Of a stretch of 64,000 nucleotides of DNA, positions 1-12,147 are shown one piece after another; position 1 is the stretch's first letter, and every line of letters starts with the position of its first letter. Both the position numbers and the translations under genes were made by a program. The notes under the pieces were generated by a model that searched no databases, was not told where the DNA came from, and was given only the letters and a program-made list of their open reading frames with translations. This DNA comes from Rhina ancylostomus. Lineage: Eukaryota. The stretch lies in assembly GCA_030265395.1 (NCBI GenBank), contig JARFYF010000001.1, positions 31,092,957 to 31,156,956 on the forward strand. The letters are read 5' to 3'.

Positions 1-171
1 GTCATGACACCATTCCACTAAGCTCTCTATCTCCTTCCTGTACTCTGACTCATTGCTGTTTGAGATACGGCCTACAATGGTGGTATCATCTGCAAACTTA
101 TAGATGGAGTTAGAGCAGAATCTGGCCACACAGTCATGAGTGTATAGGGAGTAGAGTAGAGGGCTGAGGAT
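1..171 (-). mobile_element. Rex1/Babar-type LINE reverse transcriptase fragment
   Basis: Minus strand reads ILSPLLYSLYTHDCVARFCSNSIYKFADDTTIVGRISNSNESEYRKEIESLVEWCHD (RT FADD motif). Confidence 0.85.
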
Positions 172-1011
172 GCTTTCAAAGCATCTTTAAAATTTTAGCT
201 TTATGTTTGTTCATTGTGTATAAATGTATTCACAGGTTGTAGTTAATATTGTGAAGCATAATAATTCTTTCAAGCCAAGTGATATTTCATTATCCGTGGG
301 TTTTTTTGAAAGGTGTAAATCCTAACATGAGGGTACTTTGAACATAATGAAAACTGGGAATTTCTATTGTCCCTTAGTTTAATGTAAAGTTCACAAATGG
401 GGAGATTGATAATTTGCAAGTTATTACAATTTAGTACCAGATACGACTAAGGGGCAAGGAGATAAAGTTAGTTCTTTTAGAGAGCACTTTTGCAAAGCCC
501 TTCTCAGAATTCCAAAAGGAGTTTGAAATTGATATTTAACTCTTTATGTATATTATTCACATTAAGTGTTTGATTAATGTGCTTCTTAAAAGATTTTATT
601 TCAGATTTCTAGCTTTAGCAATTTTTGGATTTTTATTTTTCCTTATTGGCTTCTTTCTACTTGGCCTTCAGTCTTATTGCAGCACTTGCAGGCTTCCTTG
701 GCCGTAGGTTTATGAGTCTTGAGCTGGTTAGTCAGAATTCTGTTTGTTAATGAGCTCCAAGATACAGTTTTTCTTGTATACATTACCCTTCTCCTAGAGA
801 AATAGACAGGTTACAATACATGTGTTTTCAATGTTTTTCAAGCTGTGAAGAAAACTGCATTGCATAGTACTATATCTTTGTATAAAATAAGTTGAGCTAA
901 AGTTATTTTTAAAAATTTTAAACATGATACTGAAGTCCTAATATGCAATTATTTTGTTTTGCACATTTCTTTTCTTTGGATCAAAGCAAGTTATTTAAGT
1001 TCAATGCCGTC

Positions 1012-1147
1012 ATGGAGGTGGAAAAACATGCTGTCCTGCAGTTCAGTAATCATGCTCATGCCCTTACGAAGCAGGCAATTCTTTCAAATGACAGATTGGT
1101 GGAGGAACCCAAGCATGAAAATGTGCCAAATCATTTACTGGAAACAA
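1012..1147 (+). CDS. CFAP221: CFAP221 coding exon 1 (MEVEKHAV...VPNHLLET)
   Basis: ATG 1012 in gccgtcATGg context; upstream acceptor AG at 985-986 or 989-990; donor A|gtaaga, phase 1. Confidence 0.88.
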
Positions 1148-1721
1148 GTAAGATAACTGTAGAGAAATAATAGGAATAAACAATACAATTAAAACCTTTT
1201 GACAAATAGCAAATAGAAAAATGACATTTTAATCCAGTTCAAAAATATATAATTTTTTCTATCTTATATGTGAATATGTTATTGCACTTTAATCAATAAA
1301 TGAATGTACTGAAAAATACGCTTCTAATAAATCTATTTTTAAGAGCTAAAAACACTTTGAATTACCCAAGATAGTGAATTGATTAGCAGTTAATTGACTG
1401 TACAGCAGGAACAGAGCTGGAATTGTCTGCAAAAGTTTGAATTATCAGTTAATTTATGAAAGTTTGAATGAAAGGAAGAATATTATAACTGCAGATTTAA
1501 ATAGTAATATATTTTACAACATCATGGTGTCCATTTTTGGTTAGAAGTCAGTGGTTGGACCTGCCTAATGACAACAGCCAAAGGCTGGATCAATTTTTAT
1601 GCTTAGGCCTTATGCAAACTTCGTTATGAATTATGAGTACTTATGTAAGGACTAGACAAGATAATCTATAATTTGGGGACATACATGGGGACTGAACATT
1701 TAGGATTGTGCTTTTTAACCA

Positions 1722-2220
1722 GGTCATAGAGTTATGCTATGGGTCCTTGGGCCTAACTCATCTATGCCGATCAGATTACCTACCTGAGCCATTCCTATTT
1801 GCCTGTGTTTGGCTCATATCCCCCTAAATCTTTCCTATCCATGAACCTGTCCAAATGTCTTTTAAACATTGTAATTGTACCTGCCTTTACTACCTCCTCT
1901 GTCAGCTCACTCCACATACCCACCATCCACTGTGTGGAAAATGTTGCCCCTCTTTTAGAAACTTAAGAATATTTTTGACTGGAAGATTGTGAATCTGTGT
2001 AATTCTCTGTCCCAAAGGGCTGTCGATGCTCTATTATTCAGTGCATTTAAGGCTGAGATAATTAGATTTTTTTTAAATCCAGGGAATCAAAGGATATAAC
2101 GATTGAGTCAGTAACTAAAATTAAAACAGATCAGTCATGATTTTGTCAAATGGCAGAATAGGCTTGCTGAAGAGTGTAGCCTACTCCCTCTTCTATTTTT
2201 AATGTTTTTTTATGTTCTTA
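1722..2220. mobile_element. Two CR1-type LINE 3' fragments (about 1722-1950 minus; about 1975-2220 plus)
   Basis: CR1 3' motifs (gtgaatctgtgtaattctctg..; ttcctatccatg..tccaaatgtcttttaaa). Confidence 0.6.
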
Positions 2221-3150
2221 AATACATCTGGGGTAGGTGCAGGCAATAATAATGCTTCACGCAATTTGCACTGAGCAGGAATAGGTGTAAGTTGAAAGGA
2301 GCAGGTGTAGATGGAAATATATAGCTGTGAAGGTCTTTCTCTGAGTAGGAGAAATAACAAATTAGCATTAAAAATTAAAAGAATCTGAAATTAAATAAGT
2401 TTAGTAGCAAAGCTTATTTCATACACGCATGCAAACCCACCCAATGGTACATGGCAGTTTAAGATAAAGTTATTTCCTTGCTCTACCAAATAGGAAAGAC
2501 TTACACACATTTAATAGCCTTAGCTGCATCCTTAAAGTCCATCCATCTAATTCCTGCTTACAGTTTTGTTTGTTTTAGTACAATAATATTCACTATATAA
2601 AAAGTTGCTGTTGCACAATTACTAGAAGGAACATGAAAGCACATTGGTCATTTATTGTCGCTCATCATCCTTTTTCAGAATAAAAATGATATTTTGTTTT
2701 AAACAATAGCTTCAGTATTGCCAAATAAGTAACAAAAACTTTGTGTAAAGTAGTAATGTCGAACCGTGAACTATAGAATTTATGTATTAGAGCTGGATAT
2801 GTTTTCAGTCATACAAAACTTTCCCAAAGATTATAAGAAAATGTCTTAAATTGTTGCATAAAACAAATACTTTACATTGTGTAAAGCACTGTTATGCATT
2901 GAGAGTAAATTTTAAAAGTCAATGTTAATGGGTATTTATAGTGTTTTTAGCCAATAGGAAGGTCATACAATCCTGGTTCAAAACATTGAAAAGTACTGAG
3001 TTCCTCATTTAAAAACAAATATATTTTATCTGGCCGATGAAGGCAGTGTTAATTAAAATTGAATATACATTGAAAGGATAGTTTGGTCTATTCAAATAAT
3101 ATTCTTCTGGGTACTTTTTCATTTCCTATTTTTTTCACTCTTTATTGCAG

Positions 3151-3251
3151 AGATCTATAGCACATTACAAAGAAACAAATCAATTAAGGCTATCCCTGCT
3201 GTGCTACATTTTGGAGGCTATGAGATAGGAAAACATCACCAACAGAATCTG
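3151..3251 (+). CDS. CFAP221: CFAP221 coding exon 2 (KIYSTLQRNKSIKAIPAVLHFGGYEIGKHHQQNL)
   Basis: tttattgcag| acceptor, |gtaggc donor, 101 bp, phase 1->0. Confidence 0.93.
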
Positions 3252-3377
3252 GTAGGCTGAAAACTTACAAGAAAGAGACATATTTCTAGATACATAGTGG
3301 ATAATTTTATTGTAGAAGATAACTCAAGTGATACTTGTTTTGATAATTTTATGCTTTGAATATTTTCATTAATTTAT

Positions 3378-3815
3378 AGGATGTGGGCATTGTTGGCAAG
3401 GTCATCATNNNNNNNNNNNNNNNNNNNNNNNNNNNNNNNNNNNNNNNNNNNNNNNNNNNNNNNNNNNNNNNNNNNNNNNNNNNNNNNNNNNNNNNNNNNN
3501 NNNNNNNNAAGGTCATCATATACTTCCAATATTTGTTTGCTCTTGAAGCAACATTCATCTTTCTTCTTGAACTGCTGTAGTCTCTGAAGGTGTTCCATAG
3601 TGGTAGAGCACAGGAATTTCCAGGATATAGCCTATCCAATAATGAAAGAAAGACAATATATTTCCAATCCAGGATGTAATGCAATTTAGAAGAGAACTTG
3701 CAGGTGATAGTGTTCCTGTGCATTACTACCATTGTGTTTCTAGCTGGTAGAAGTCATAGGTTTGACAGGCACTGTTGAAGAAGCCTTGGTGGTTAACTGC
3801 AGTGCATTTTGTAGA
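3378..3815 (-). mobile_element. L2-like LINE 3' remnant (interrupted by N gap 3409-3508)
   Basis: Same family as 44975-45830, 48435-49290 and 53110-53249 (tgggcattgttggcaagg...cttcttgaactgctg..). Confidence 0.5.
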
Positions 3816-3825
3816 GGAGGGACAT

Positions 3826-4165
3826 GGTAGCAATAGAGAGTGCAGAAGAGATTCACCAGGATGTTGCCTGGAATAGAGAGCTGAAGTTACAAAGAGAGAT
3901 TGGATAGGCTAAGTTTATTCTTGCTGGAATTTAGGAGACTGTGACCTTAGAAGAGGTTTATAAAATTAAGAAGGACATAGATAAGGATAGATAATCAAAA
4001 TTCTTTTCCCAGGGCAAGGGGGTCTAGAACTAGAGGGCACAGGTTTAAGGTGGGAAAGTCAAAAATTTAAAGGAGATCTAAGGGGTAAGTTTTTCACAGG
4101 GAACATGGTAGTTATCTGGAACAAGCTGCCAGAGTAGGTGGTAGAAGCAAATACAATTAAGGGCA
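3826..4165 (+). mobile_element. CR1 LINE ORF2 C-terminal fragment
   Basis: Encodes degenerate ERVQKRFTRMLPG..ERLDRL..; actagagggcacaggtttaagg. Confidence 0.8.
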
Positions 4166-4797
4166 TTGAGAATAATACATTAAAATCTGAAATTCATATT
4201 AATTTAGTGATTTCAAATGATTTTCATGAACAAAGATGCTAACCTTGCATCCTAATGAAAAGCTAATTTTTATTATTAGCAAGCTCTGGATTTACACATT
4301 TAGCTTTGGACCTGGTTGAAGAATTTGCAGTTAACTAGAGGCAAATTGACAATTTTATCATCATTATAACCCAAAACCCACATCCTTAATAAATGAACAA
4401 GGATTTTACCATTAGTCTAGTACAACATCTATTTCCTGCAGCACAAATAAGTGGAAGATGAACTGAGGAAAATTAGTAGGATACTGCAAATATCATTTAA
4501 CTTTGGTGTGGTCATTAGAATAGTATTGAATTATGCAAGATGATTTGTTTAAAATAGTAGCAAAAGATACATGAGTTTATATAAAATTATTTGACAAATT
4601 ATAAAATTAATAACAAAAGGATCAATGGCAAGAATTGCTCCTAGTATTTATAAATTCTACCTAAAATTTTAAATGAATTTTTTTGTTTTATACTGAAATA
4701 AAACTTTCATTTGCTCAAAATCAAAGCAAAAGTATAGTATCATGTTCAGAAATAATTCCTTAAAATCAATACACAAATTTTGAATGTTTCTTTACAG

Positions 4798-4884
4798 AAA
4801 CTGGTCAATATTTCTTCAGTAGTGACAAATGTTCACATTCTACCTCCTCAAACAAAACACTTCCAAATCAAATATACCAAAAAG
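4798..4884 (+). CDS. CFAP221: CFAP221 coding exon 3 (KLVNISSVVTNVHILPPQTKHFQIKYTKK)
   Basis: tttacag| ... |gtaagt, 87 bp, phase 0->0. Confidence 0.94.
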
Positions 4885-5664
4885 GTAAGTACTCAGTTAA
4901 CCTTTTGGTTTTGTGTGAATCAGACAGAGAAGAGTTCAAGTAAGATTAATTTTCTTCCTTGCATTGAGCTCATCTTTACCCAATTTGGGATAAATGGTTG
5001 CTTTTGTCTTTATCAGCCTAGTAACTACCTTTGTTGTATTTGTGTACAATCTATTTTCCTTTATATTTATCCTATTATCCTTTGATGAAATGATGAAAAA
5101 GAAGTTGTTCTTGAAAAATAATCAAGTCAATGAAAACATGTAGCACCCTTGCTTGCTGGAGTGTAATTAGCAAGTAACTATTGGATTTGAGGTACTAGTA
5201 TTGACTGTTGTAATATGAGGAGAAGTGGAAATTCAAAGTTTTGGTAAAAGCGAGATGGTTATATGAGGAAGGCAGGTGGTTATTATTTTGATCACAAGAA
5301 ACGTTGTCATGGAGAGTAGGAGGCAACTTTTAATGGGAAGACAGTTTCAGCATAGTTGGTTCAGCACACTGGTGTATCAATCTTCCATGATCCCTTTAAA
5401 CTCACTGTGGCAGTTTCCTGTGCTCCTTTTAAATTCACCAGGCCTGTTGGAAATGTATTATACTACCATGGAACAAATACAAGAAAAAATGAATTAAGTC
5501 TGTTGGTATATTAATAGGGATAATACCTAATGGTCTGGAAAATCTGCTCATCAGCACCACCAAACTCCTGTGGGTGCCAGATTATCGGAGTTTTACTGTA
5601 CATTATAATTTCGATGTATAGTATGTTTTTAAGGAAATAATTAATTTTGTAATTTATCATGCAG

Positions 5665-5760
5665 AATCATTTGGTCCCTGGAATGTCATTTATTGTTACA
5701 GTTGATTTCTGCCCTAATGAATGGCGATATTACTATGATACTATTCGTATTCATTGTAAG
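5665..5760 (+). CDS. CFAP221: CFAP221 coding exon 4 ([32 protein letters not shown])
   Basis: atgcag| ... |gtaagt, 96 bp, phase 0->0. Confidence 0.94.
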
Positions 5761-5947
5761 GTAAGTCTTTAAATTCTTTCCCAGTAGTGTTTATTGTGCA
5801 TGGTGGTTTTTGGATTGGCTGCTCTCTTGTAATGACTATGCTTGTAGTTACTTTTTTTTGGTTTGATCTTCCTGTTACTTATATAATTATTGGATTATGT
5901 TTGTGAAACACAAAATGATTTGTTACAGCAATGCCTATACATCAAAA

Positions 5948-6245
5948 CAGGGCAGCACAGTGGTCCAACTCCAATGTCCTGAGTTTAATCATGATCTCTG
6001 GTGCCATCTGTGCATTTTACACATTTTCTCTGTGACTGCAGGTTTCTTCCAGGTGCTCCATTTTCCTCCCACATTTCAAAAATGTTTGGGTTCGGAGATC
6101 AATTGGCCAGTGTAAATTGTCTCAAGTATGTACATGAGAGCTAAAATCTGAGAGAGCTGAGGGCAAAATGGTGACAAAATAACCATTAAACAGGTGTTCC
6201 ATGGCTGAAGGGCCTGTTTCAGTGTTGTATGGCTCTCTGACTCTA
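5948..6245 (+). mobile_element. tRNA-derived V-SINE-like element (old)
   Basis: gggcagcacagtgg head; gtttcttccaggtgctcc..cctcccaca core; CR1-like tail gggcctgtttcagtgttgtat. Confidence 0.65.
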
Positions 6246-7680
6246 TCTATTGGTGTATCATTGTTCAGGCAAAATAAACCAAGAAGATACTTATGACTGT
6301 ATGGATGTTTGGTAGAAGTAGGGAGTTGTAAAAGTTAATGCAATGCAATACCTGGAATTTTATAAAGCAAAAGGAGCACTTTAAAGAATTGAAACTCATT
6401 TCATGACTACTTGATCCCTGCATTGGAAGTTGCACCAATAGGAATAGTGGAGATACACTGCAATCAAAATTTGGTAAAGGTTGAAACATCATACGAGAAC
6501 GCACATCTGCCTGTCTACATCCCTCCATTCTGTACCTGTTCATATGGCTGTCTAAGTACCTCTAAATGCCTCTCAAAGTTTAAGAATCTTGATACTCCAT
6601 AAGACTGTTTACAAACTTATTAAACTTATCTGTGAATGTTGAGGGGATCAGTAGATACAAAGTTACTTCAAGGAGATTGTTGGAAATATTACTGTAATCA
6701 TCTTTTAACTAGTAACTAGTCATGCTTGCCTTTTGCAACTGACTTCCCTGTTTACCATTCTGATATAGCCAGCAAGCCACGTATTACAAGCAAATTAAAC
6801 TGCCAATCTTGCATCAGCAGAAAATGATTTTGGGGTACATGGATACAAAAGTGATGCTATAATTAGGAACCAGGTAATTTATCTTATTACATGACATCAG
6901 GAGCCAATGAACACTTTCAGGAAGTAGACCTATACCTTCTGGGTTTGGCATCATGTTTAGGCTGATGGAAAACAAACATAGAACACAGTACACAGAACAG
7001 TACAGCACAGGACCAGGCCCTTCAGCCCACAATGTCTGTGACAAACACAATTTAAACTGTACATCTACCTGTCTATATCCCTCCATTCTGAACCTGTTCA
7101 TATGGCAGTGTAAGTACCTCTAAATACCTCTCAAAGTCTAAGAAAAATCTTGGTACTCCATAAGATTGTTTATGAACTTTTTAAACTTAACTGTGAATGT
7201 CAACAGAGGAGTCTGTTAGCACCAAGAAAAAAGGTACCGCAATGTGACCAATAACTGTTATACAGTTGTCCCCAAACAATAGTCCTGATAATCTTATTCC
7301 TGATTGATTGATTTTACTTCATTCTCTGCGACAAACAGTAACAAAAGAAATTCTAAGAACAAATGCACAGATTCGTGGAATATTACTGGATTAGGTTTTC
7401 AATCAGCTGTAAAGCAATGACTCAAGCCACTAATCTTGAGGAAATCTGTAGAAGAATCTAGCGTTTTCTGTAGATGAACTTTAGATTTCTAGATGTTGGC
7501 TATCAGACTTCAGTTCAAACAGGAAGGAAACAGCACAATTAGTAGCTCATATAGCAAGCATTTTACTGAGTCTTAGAAATAAAGATTGAAAATACAATGT
7601 GAAAATTGAAATAATAGAAGTGTGCAATTTAAAACATATAAAAATATACTTTTTGAAATATATTAAAATTGGAAATTCCT

Positions 7681-7739
7681 ATCTGACTGAATTACAAACC
7701 ACATCTGACTGAGTTACAAACCAAAATCTGACTGAGTTT
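7681..7739 (+). repeat. Minisatellite, about 22 bp unit x2.6 (atctgactgagttacaaacca..)
   Basis: Seen directly. Confidence 0.85.
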
Positions 7740-8116
7740 AGGGCCAGGAAGTTTGTTAAGTAGTATCTAGAGATTCATATCCCACTATAAACTCAAGACC
7801 TCATGCAAAAAGTGTAACCTTTTACAGAGCATTTAAAAATGAAATCAGTTTGTTCATTCCTGAAATTTTGATCGAGTTGATTTTTTGTTATTGTGTGACT
7901 GCAGATCCTGAGATTATTGACTAAATAATTGTCAGTATCTTTAGGAATTTTCTGGCTAAATTATGCTTATGTGTAAATCCCAAAGATGTTTTCAATTTTA
8001 TAGTGTTATGGGTCAAACACTGTTAATTTTTGTAAGATCTGTTTGCTTACCAGTATTTTCAGTGCACATTTTAATTTCCTCATATTAATTTTTAACATTC
8101 ATGTTTTTTTTGCCAG

Positions 8117-8217
8117 GAAGATGAAACACTACTTATTCCTATACATGCTTATCCTGTTGCAAATGTAGTGGATTTTCCCACTCACTTAAATATAAATGAT
8201 GTCCCTCTTGGACAAAG
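8117..8217 (+). CDS. CFAP221: CFAP221 coding exon 5 (EDETLLIPIHAYPVANVVDFPTHLNINDVPLGQ)
   Basis: tttgccag| ... |gtaaga, 101 bp, phase 0->2. Confidence 0.94.
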
Positions 8218-9862
8218 GTAAGATTCTATAATTACTTTTCTTTTTTGAAGACCTTTACTATTTCTGCACTGACCTAATTTTCTATTTTTAGAGTCAAACC
8301 TATCAACATATTGGAATAATAATATGGCTATGTTTTCTCACTTCTTTAGCATTTCTTCTAGATGCAGATGTTATACACATAATGTGTACAGTCATTGAAA
8401 AATATTGTTTACCTCCTTATAAAATTTTCTGTCCCATTTTTAGTCAATGTTGGAATATGTTACCTTGATTGCTTGCCTGAGGCTGTGACCTAATGTTTGT
8501 TGGTTACACAAGTTTGTGGTTTTCTACCAGACATATCAAAGCAAGCTATCTGTGATCTCCATCTGTATTCCAATACTACAAGAACATATGAAAAAGGATA
8601 AAAGGATCACATATTGATCTCAGTTATGATGAACTCTTAAGGCAATGTTTTGATTTCCTCTTGAAATGTAGGTCTGCCAGAAAGCCTGCACATATTGTCT
8701 AAAAACATGTAGCAGTCTAGCATTAATTTTCAGTAAACCTTGCGCAGTGCTAGGGTCCATCCTTTCTAATCATTGGCAACTCTGCTTTTACACTCGTGGA
8801 CCCATGCATTAGGCAAAGAGGATTAAATTAGTTAATCCTCCTTTATTATGAATGACCAGATCTAAAACAGCCTGATCCCCAGTTGATTCCACAACAAATT
8901 GTTCTAAGAAACTGTCCTGAATACATTCTATGTACTAACCCTTAAGGCTAACCAATTTGATTTGTCCAATCATGAAGATTAAGGTTGTCAACAGTTATTG
9001 CAGTACTTTCTGTCCCTTTCTACCTATTTTTTGAGCCATTCACCAACCACCAGCGTAGTTCTGCATGGGAATAACAGGACAGGCAAAACAGACACCTAGA
9101 AGACAAGAGTCTTCATTGACATTTGTATGATATTTAACTTGCTTTTATTTATAAGTTTGGCTAGGAATACTGAGTTTGTGTTCATTTTTATTTTGTCATT
9201 ATGGCCAAGTTCATGCCCTGATGGTCAGCAAATGAGATGGCCTTAATTGCACCTTGCACTGTGAGGAAGCCTGTGAACCTTGTATGGCTGGATATCTTCT
9301 CTGCGCATTGCTCTCTGGCAAGAAAAATGGGAATATATTTAATATTCAAGAGATAGCATCTGTGACTTTATACAACAAGGAAGGGCTAACTGATACTTTG
9401 TTTCTCTGACAGGAGTGCCACACGTAAAAGTCAGGTTCCTGGTGAGCTAATGGCAAGATGGTCCTTGTCCTACTTAGAGGGTGAAGTTGTAGCTGGAACC
9501 TAAAGTAAATTTCAGTGAACCCATCTGAAGTGAAGTGGAATGTCTCAAACTTTGTTCCTTGGTAAAGCTCGGATTGGAGAATTAATTCTGAAAATCCTGC
9601 ATGGATGTGCAAGAATGTTGGCAGGACTCAAGGACTTGAGTTATAGGGAGAGGTTGGGCAGGCTACGACTTTATTCCTGTGGAACAGTTTTTTTTTCTTT
9701 TAGTGCAAAATTAACTGGATCTACATTTGTTTTGAAATTCATTTACAGTTTTGAATTATCTTTATTTCAGGCAAATGCAGTGATTGAACTGTAAGCATAT
9801 ATAACTTCTGTATTTTTTTTAAACCACAAATTTTAATAATATTATTTTCCCAAATTTTACAG

Positions 9863-9966
9863 CAAAGACATCATCATTCCTTTGCGATGTAGCTGCCCAG
9901 TTGATTTTGAGTTTCAGTTAAATTGTCCACAACTGCATCATGCATTCAAAATTCAGCCTACATCAG
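9863..9966 (+). CDS. CFAP221: CFAP221 coding exon 6 ([35 protein letters not shown])
   Basis: ttttacag| ... |gtatga, 104 bp, phase 2->1. Confidence 0.94.
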
Positions 9967-11689
9967 GTATGATGTATCTTTAAACTTTAACATTTTAAGC
10001 TCATAATCATTGTTGAACCATTCCTACCACCCCTTTACCCCACCAGTCCTCATCATCTCTTATCCCCCAGCTCTGTAATGACACACTATATTTACATCGT
10101 TTTATCTTCTTCTGGCTGGAAATTTGAGTTATAGTTATCATTGAAAGCTGAAACTAGAACCTCTTCTTTTAGTTAAAAGTGCAATGAAACAAGAATTTTA
10201 TCTTCATTTTTATGAATATTTTCACCATGGTTTTAAATCAAATAAAAAAGAAGAAAGAAAGGAGTTGAGAAATGGATTTTTAAATAAGTTAGTTTCTTTG
10301 TAGGTTTGAGCACAAAAACCTAACAAGTCAAACTTGAAGATATCATTTTAGGCAAGGATGTCAATATTGTCAGTAGTTAGGTAGGAACAGAAATGGGTAA
10401 TATTTCAGAGGTAGAAGCAGGTAGCTCAGATGATGGATTGGATGTGATATGTAAAGCTGAGCTCAAGATGAACAGGACCTGGAGGATGCATATACAGCCC
10501 GAATGAGAAATATTCATATAACCATTCAAGTTAATAAAATATTGTTAGGATACCAGTCACAAAAATGACTTAATAATTTTCATCTAATAATACACAATTT
10601 ATACCACATCACATACATATCTTTTAACAATTCTAACATCTTGTTGATTCATTTTACATACATGTGTTGGAAATGTAGAAGGATCATTTTTGGGGAATCA
10701 GATACTTCTGATACAAAAGTTGATAGCTGAAATACAAAAAATGATCTAAATCACTTTGATAATTAAGAGTTTTTAACAAATTATGTATCAGAGTAGTGGT
10801 CCTGTCGTAACTCTTTAGTGGGGCCTCTTATCTGCATAGGGATCACTGTGAACTGGACTCTGTGTTCTCCATGGGCCTTACCAAAGACTTTTAGTGAGAA
10901 CACTATGTGTTTTTTGTCTTGTGTTGAATCATAGCTATAAATCATGATACTCTAAATTGTGTTTACTAGACTACTACATTTGTGTTCTTACATACAAATG
11001 TTCTATAATACCTCAGCCTTCTTCCCTTTCAACAAACTTGAATTTGTATCAAGTTAATTTCGATTAATAGGTAGCTGTGTATAATGCAAGTTGACTTCAA
11101 ATCTAGATCCTCAAATGTTCGCTGTCAACCTTTGTGCGAATTTAGTATTTCATATTTATACCTAAATAAGTGAAAATTATTAATATATCAAAGTTTTGAT
11201 TGTATTCATTTTTATAAAGATTTTTCTGCCCATACAGAAAAAGCCCCCTTCGCGGCTTGTCCCGTGTATTTCTTTGTGATATTATTTTGTTTGTAGTTTC
11301 CTTTGCCATATTTTGTTTTGTTACATTGCTCTTGCTTGTAATGAGATGTAAGTGCCCTAGTGAAAAACTTAATTAGTTAAAGAACAAATGTTTTAAAAAC
11401 TTACTGAATCCTATGAATGTTGTCTGTGAAACAATGGTTATATGCAATTTAACTGGGAATTTCCTCGTGGGTTCTCCCAAGTGGCTACTGTAATTTTGGC
11501 AGAAGATCAGCAACAACATTGTTTAGATATCTATCCAAGATTATGGGAGTCTACAAGGAGAAGACCACAGGAAATTTGAAATGTTGTTTCCAAATGTAGA
11601 CTTCTTCATGATAATAAGTAATAGTGTACTTATTCTGATTAATTACATAATTATAAATATAAATGCATGACTGGATTTTCATCACACAG

Positions 11690-11849
11690 GAATAATACCA
11701 GCTAATGAACAAATTGACATTGTTGTCACATATACACCTTCTGACCGTGCTACAGCTCAAAGTAAGGTGCAGCTCATCATTTCAGAGTTTAACACAAAGC
11801 CCTACATTTGTACTATCACTGGGATTTACTCTCCAGGCCTTGAATTTAG
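11690..11849 (+). CDS. CFAP221: CFAP221 coding exon 7 (GIIPANEQIDIVVTYTP...ISEFNTKPYICTITGIYSPGLEF)
   Basis: cacacag| ... |gtaagt, 160 bp, phase 1->2. Confidence 0.93.
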
Positions 11850-12072
11850 GTAAGTAGCAGGTCATGAAATGAAAATTTGGATCATTTGTTCTTTTGTGAG
11901 GATTTTCAATAGATGCATCTATTAACACAATAGAATTAGTGCAATGTGATGTAATTAAGTCACTTGAAACTGAAACAAAGTACTGTATTTAGTAAATGCC
12001 TGGCATTAAAATTCTGTATTCCACACGAAAAACAACTTCATCAAAANNNNNNNNNNNNNNNNNNNNNNNNNN

Positions 12073-12145
<73 letters not shown>
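12073..12145 (+). repeat. Poly-C run (73 nt) next to N gap; probable sequencing or gap-fill artefact
   Basis: Homopolymer immediately after N 12047-12072. Confidence 0.8.

Positions 12146-12147
<2 letters not shown>

Noticed and set aside
605-727. Possible 5' UTR exon of CFAP221 (tttcag|...ctg|gttagt)
   Set aside because: Only splice-like motifs; cannot be supported without transcripts.
3398-3519. aaggtcatcat repeated on both sides of a gap, as a target-site duplication
   Set aside because: More simply explained by contig overlap at a 100-N placeholder gap.
5535-5600. Tc1/pogo-like MITE end (..gattatcggagttttactgta)
   Set aside because: Only one terminus recognised; no matching TIR found nearby.
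7681-7739. CRISPR-like or other prokaryotic repeat array
   Set aside because: A spacerless minisatellite in a vertebrate intron; no prokaryotic genes anywhere in the window.
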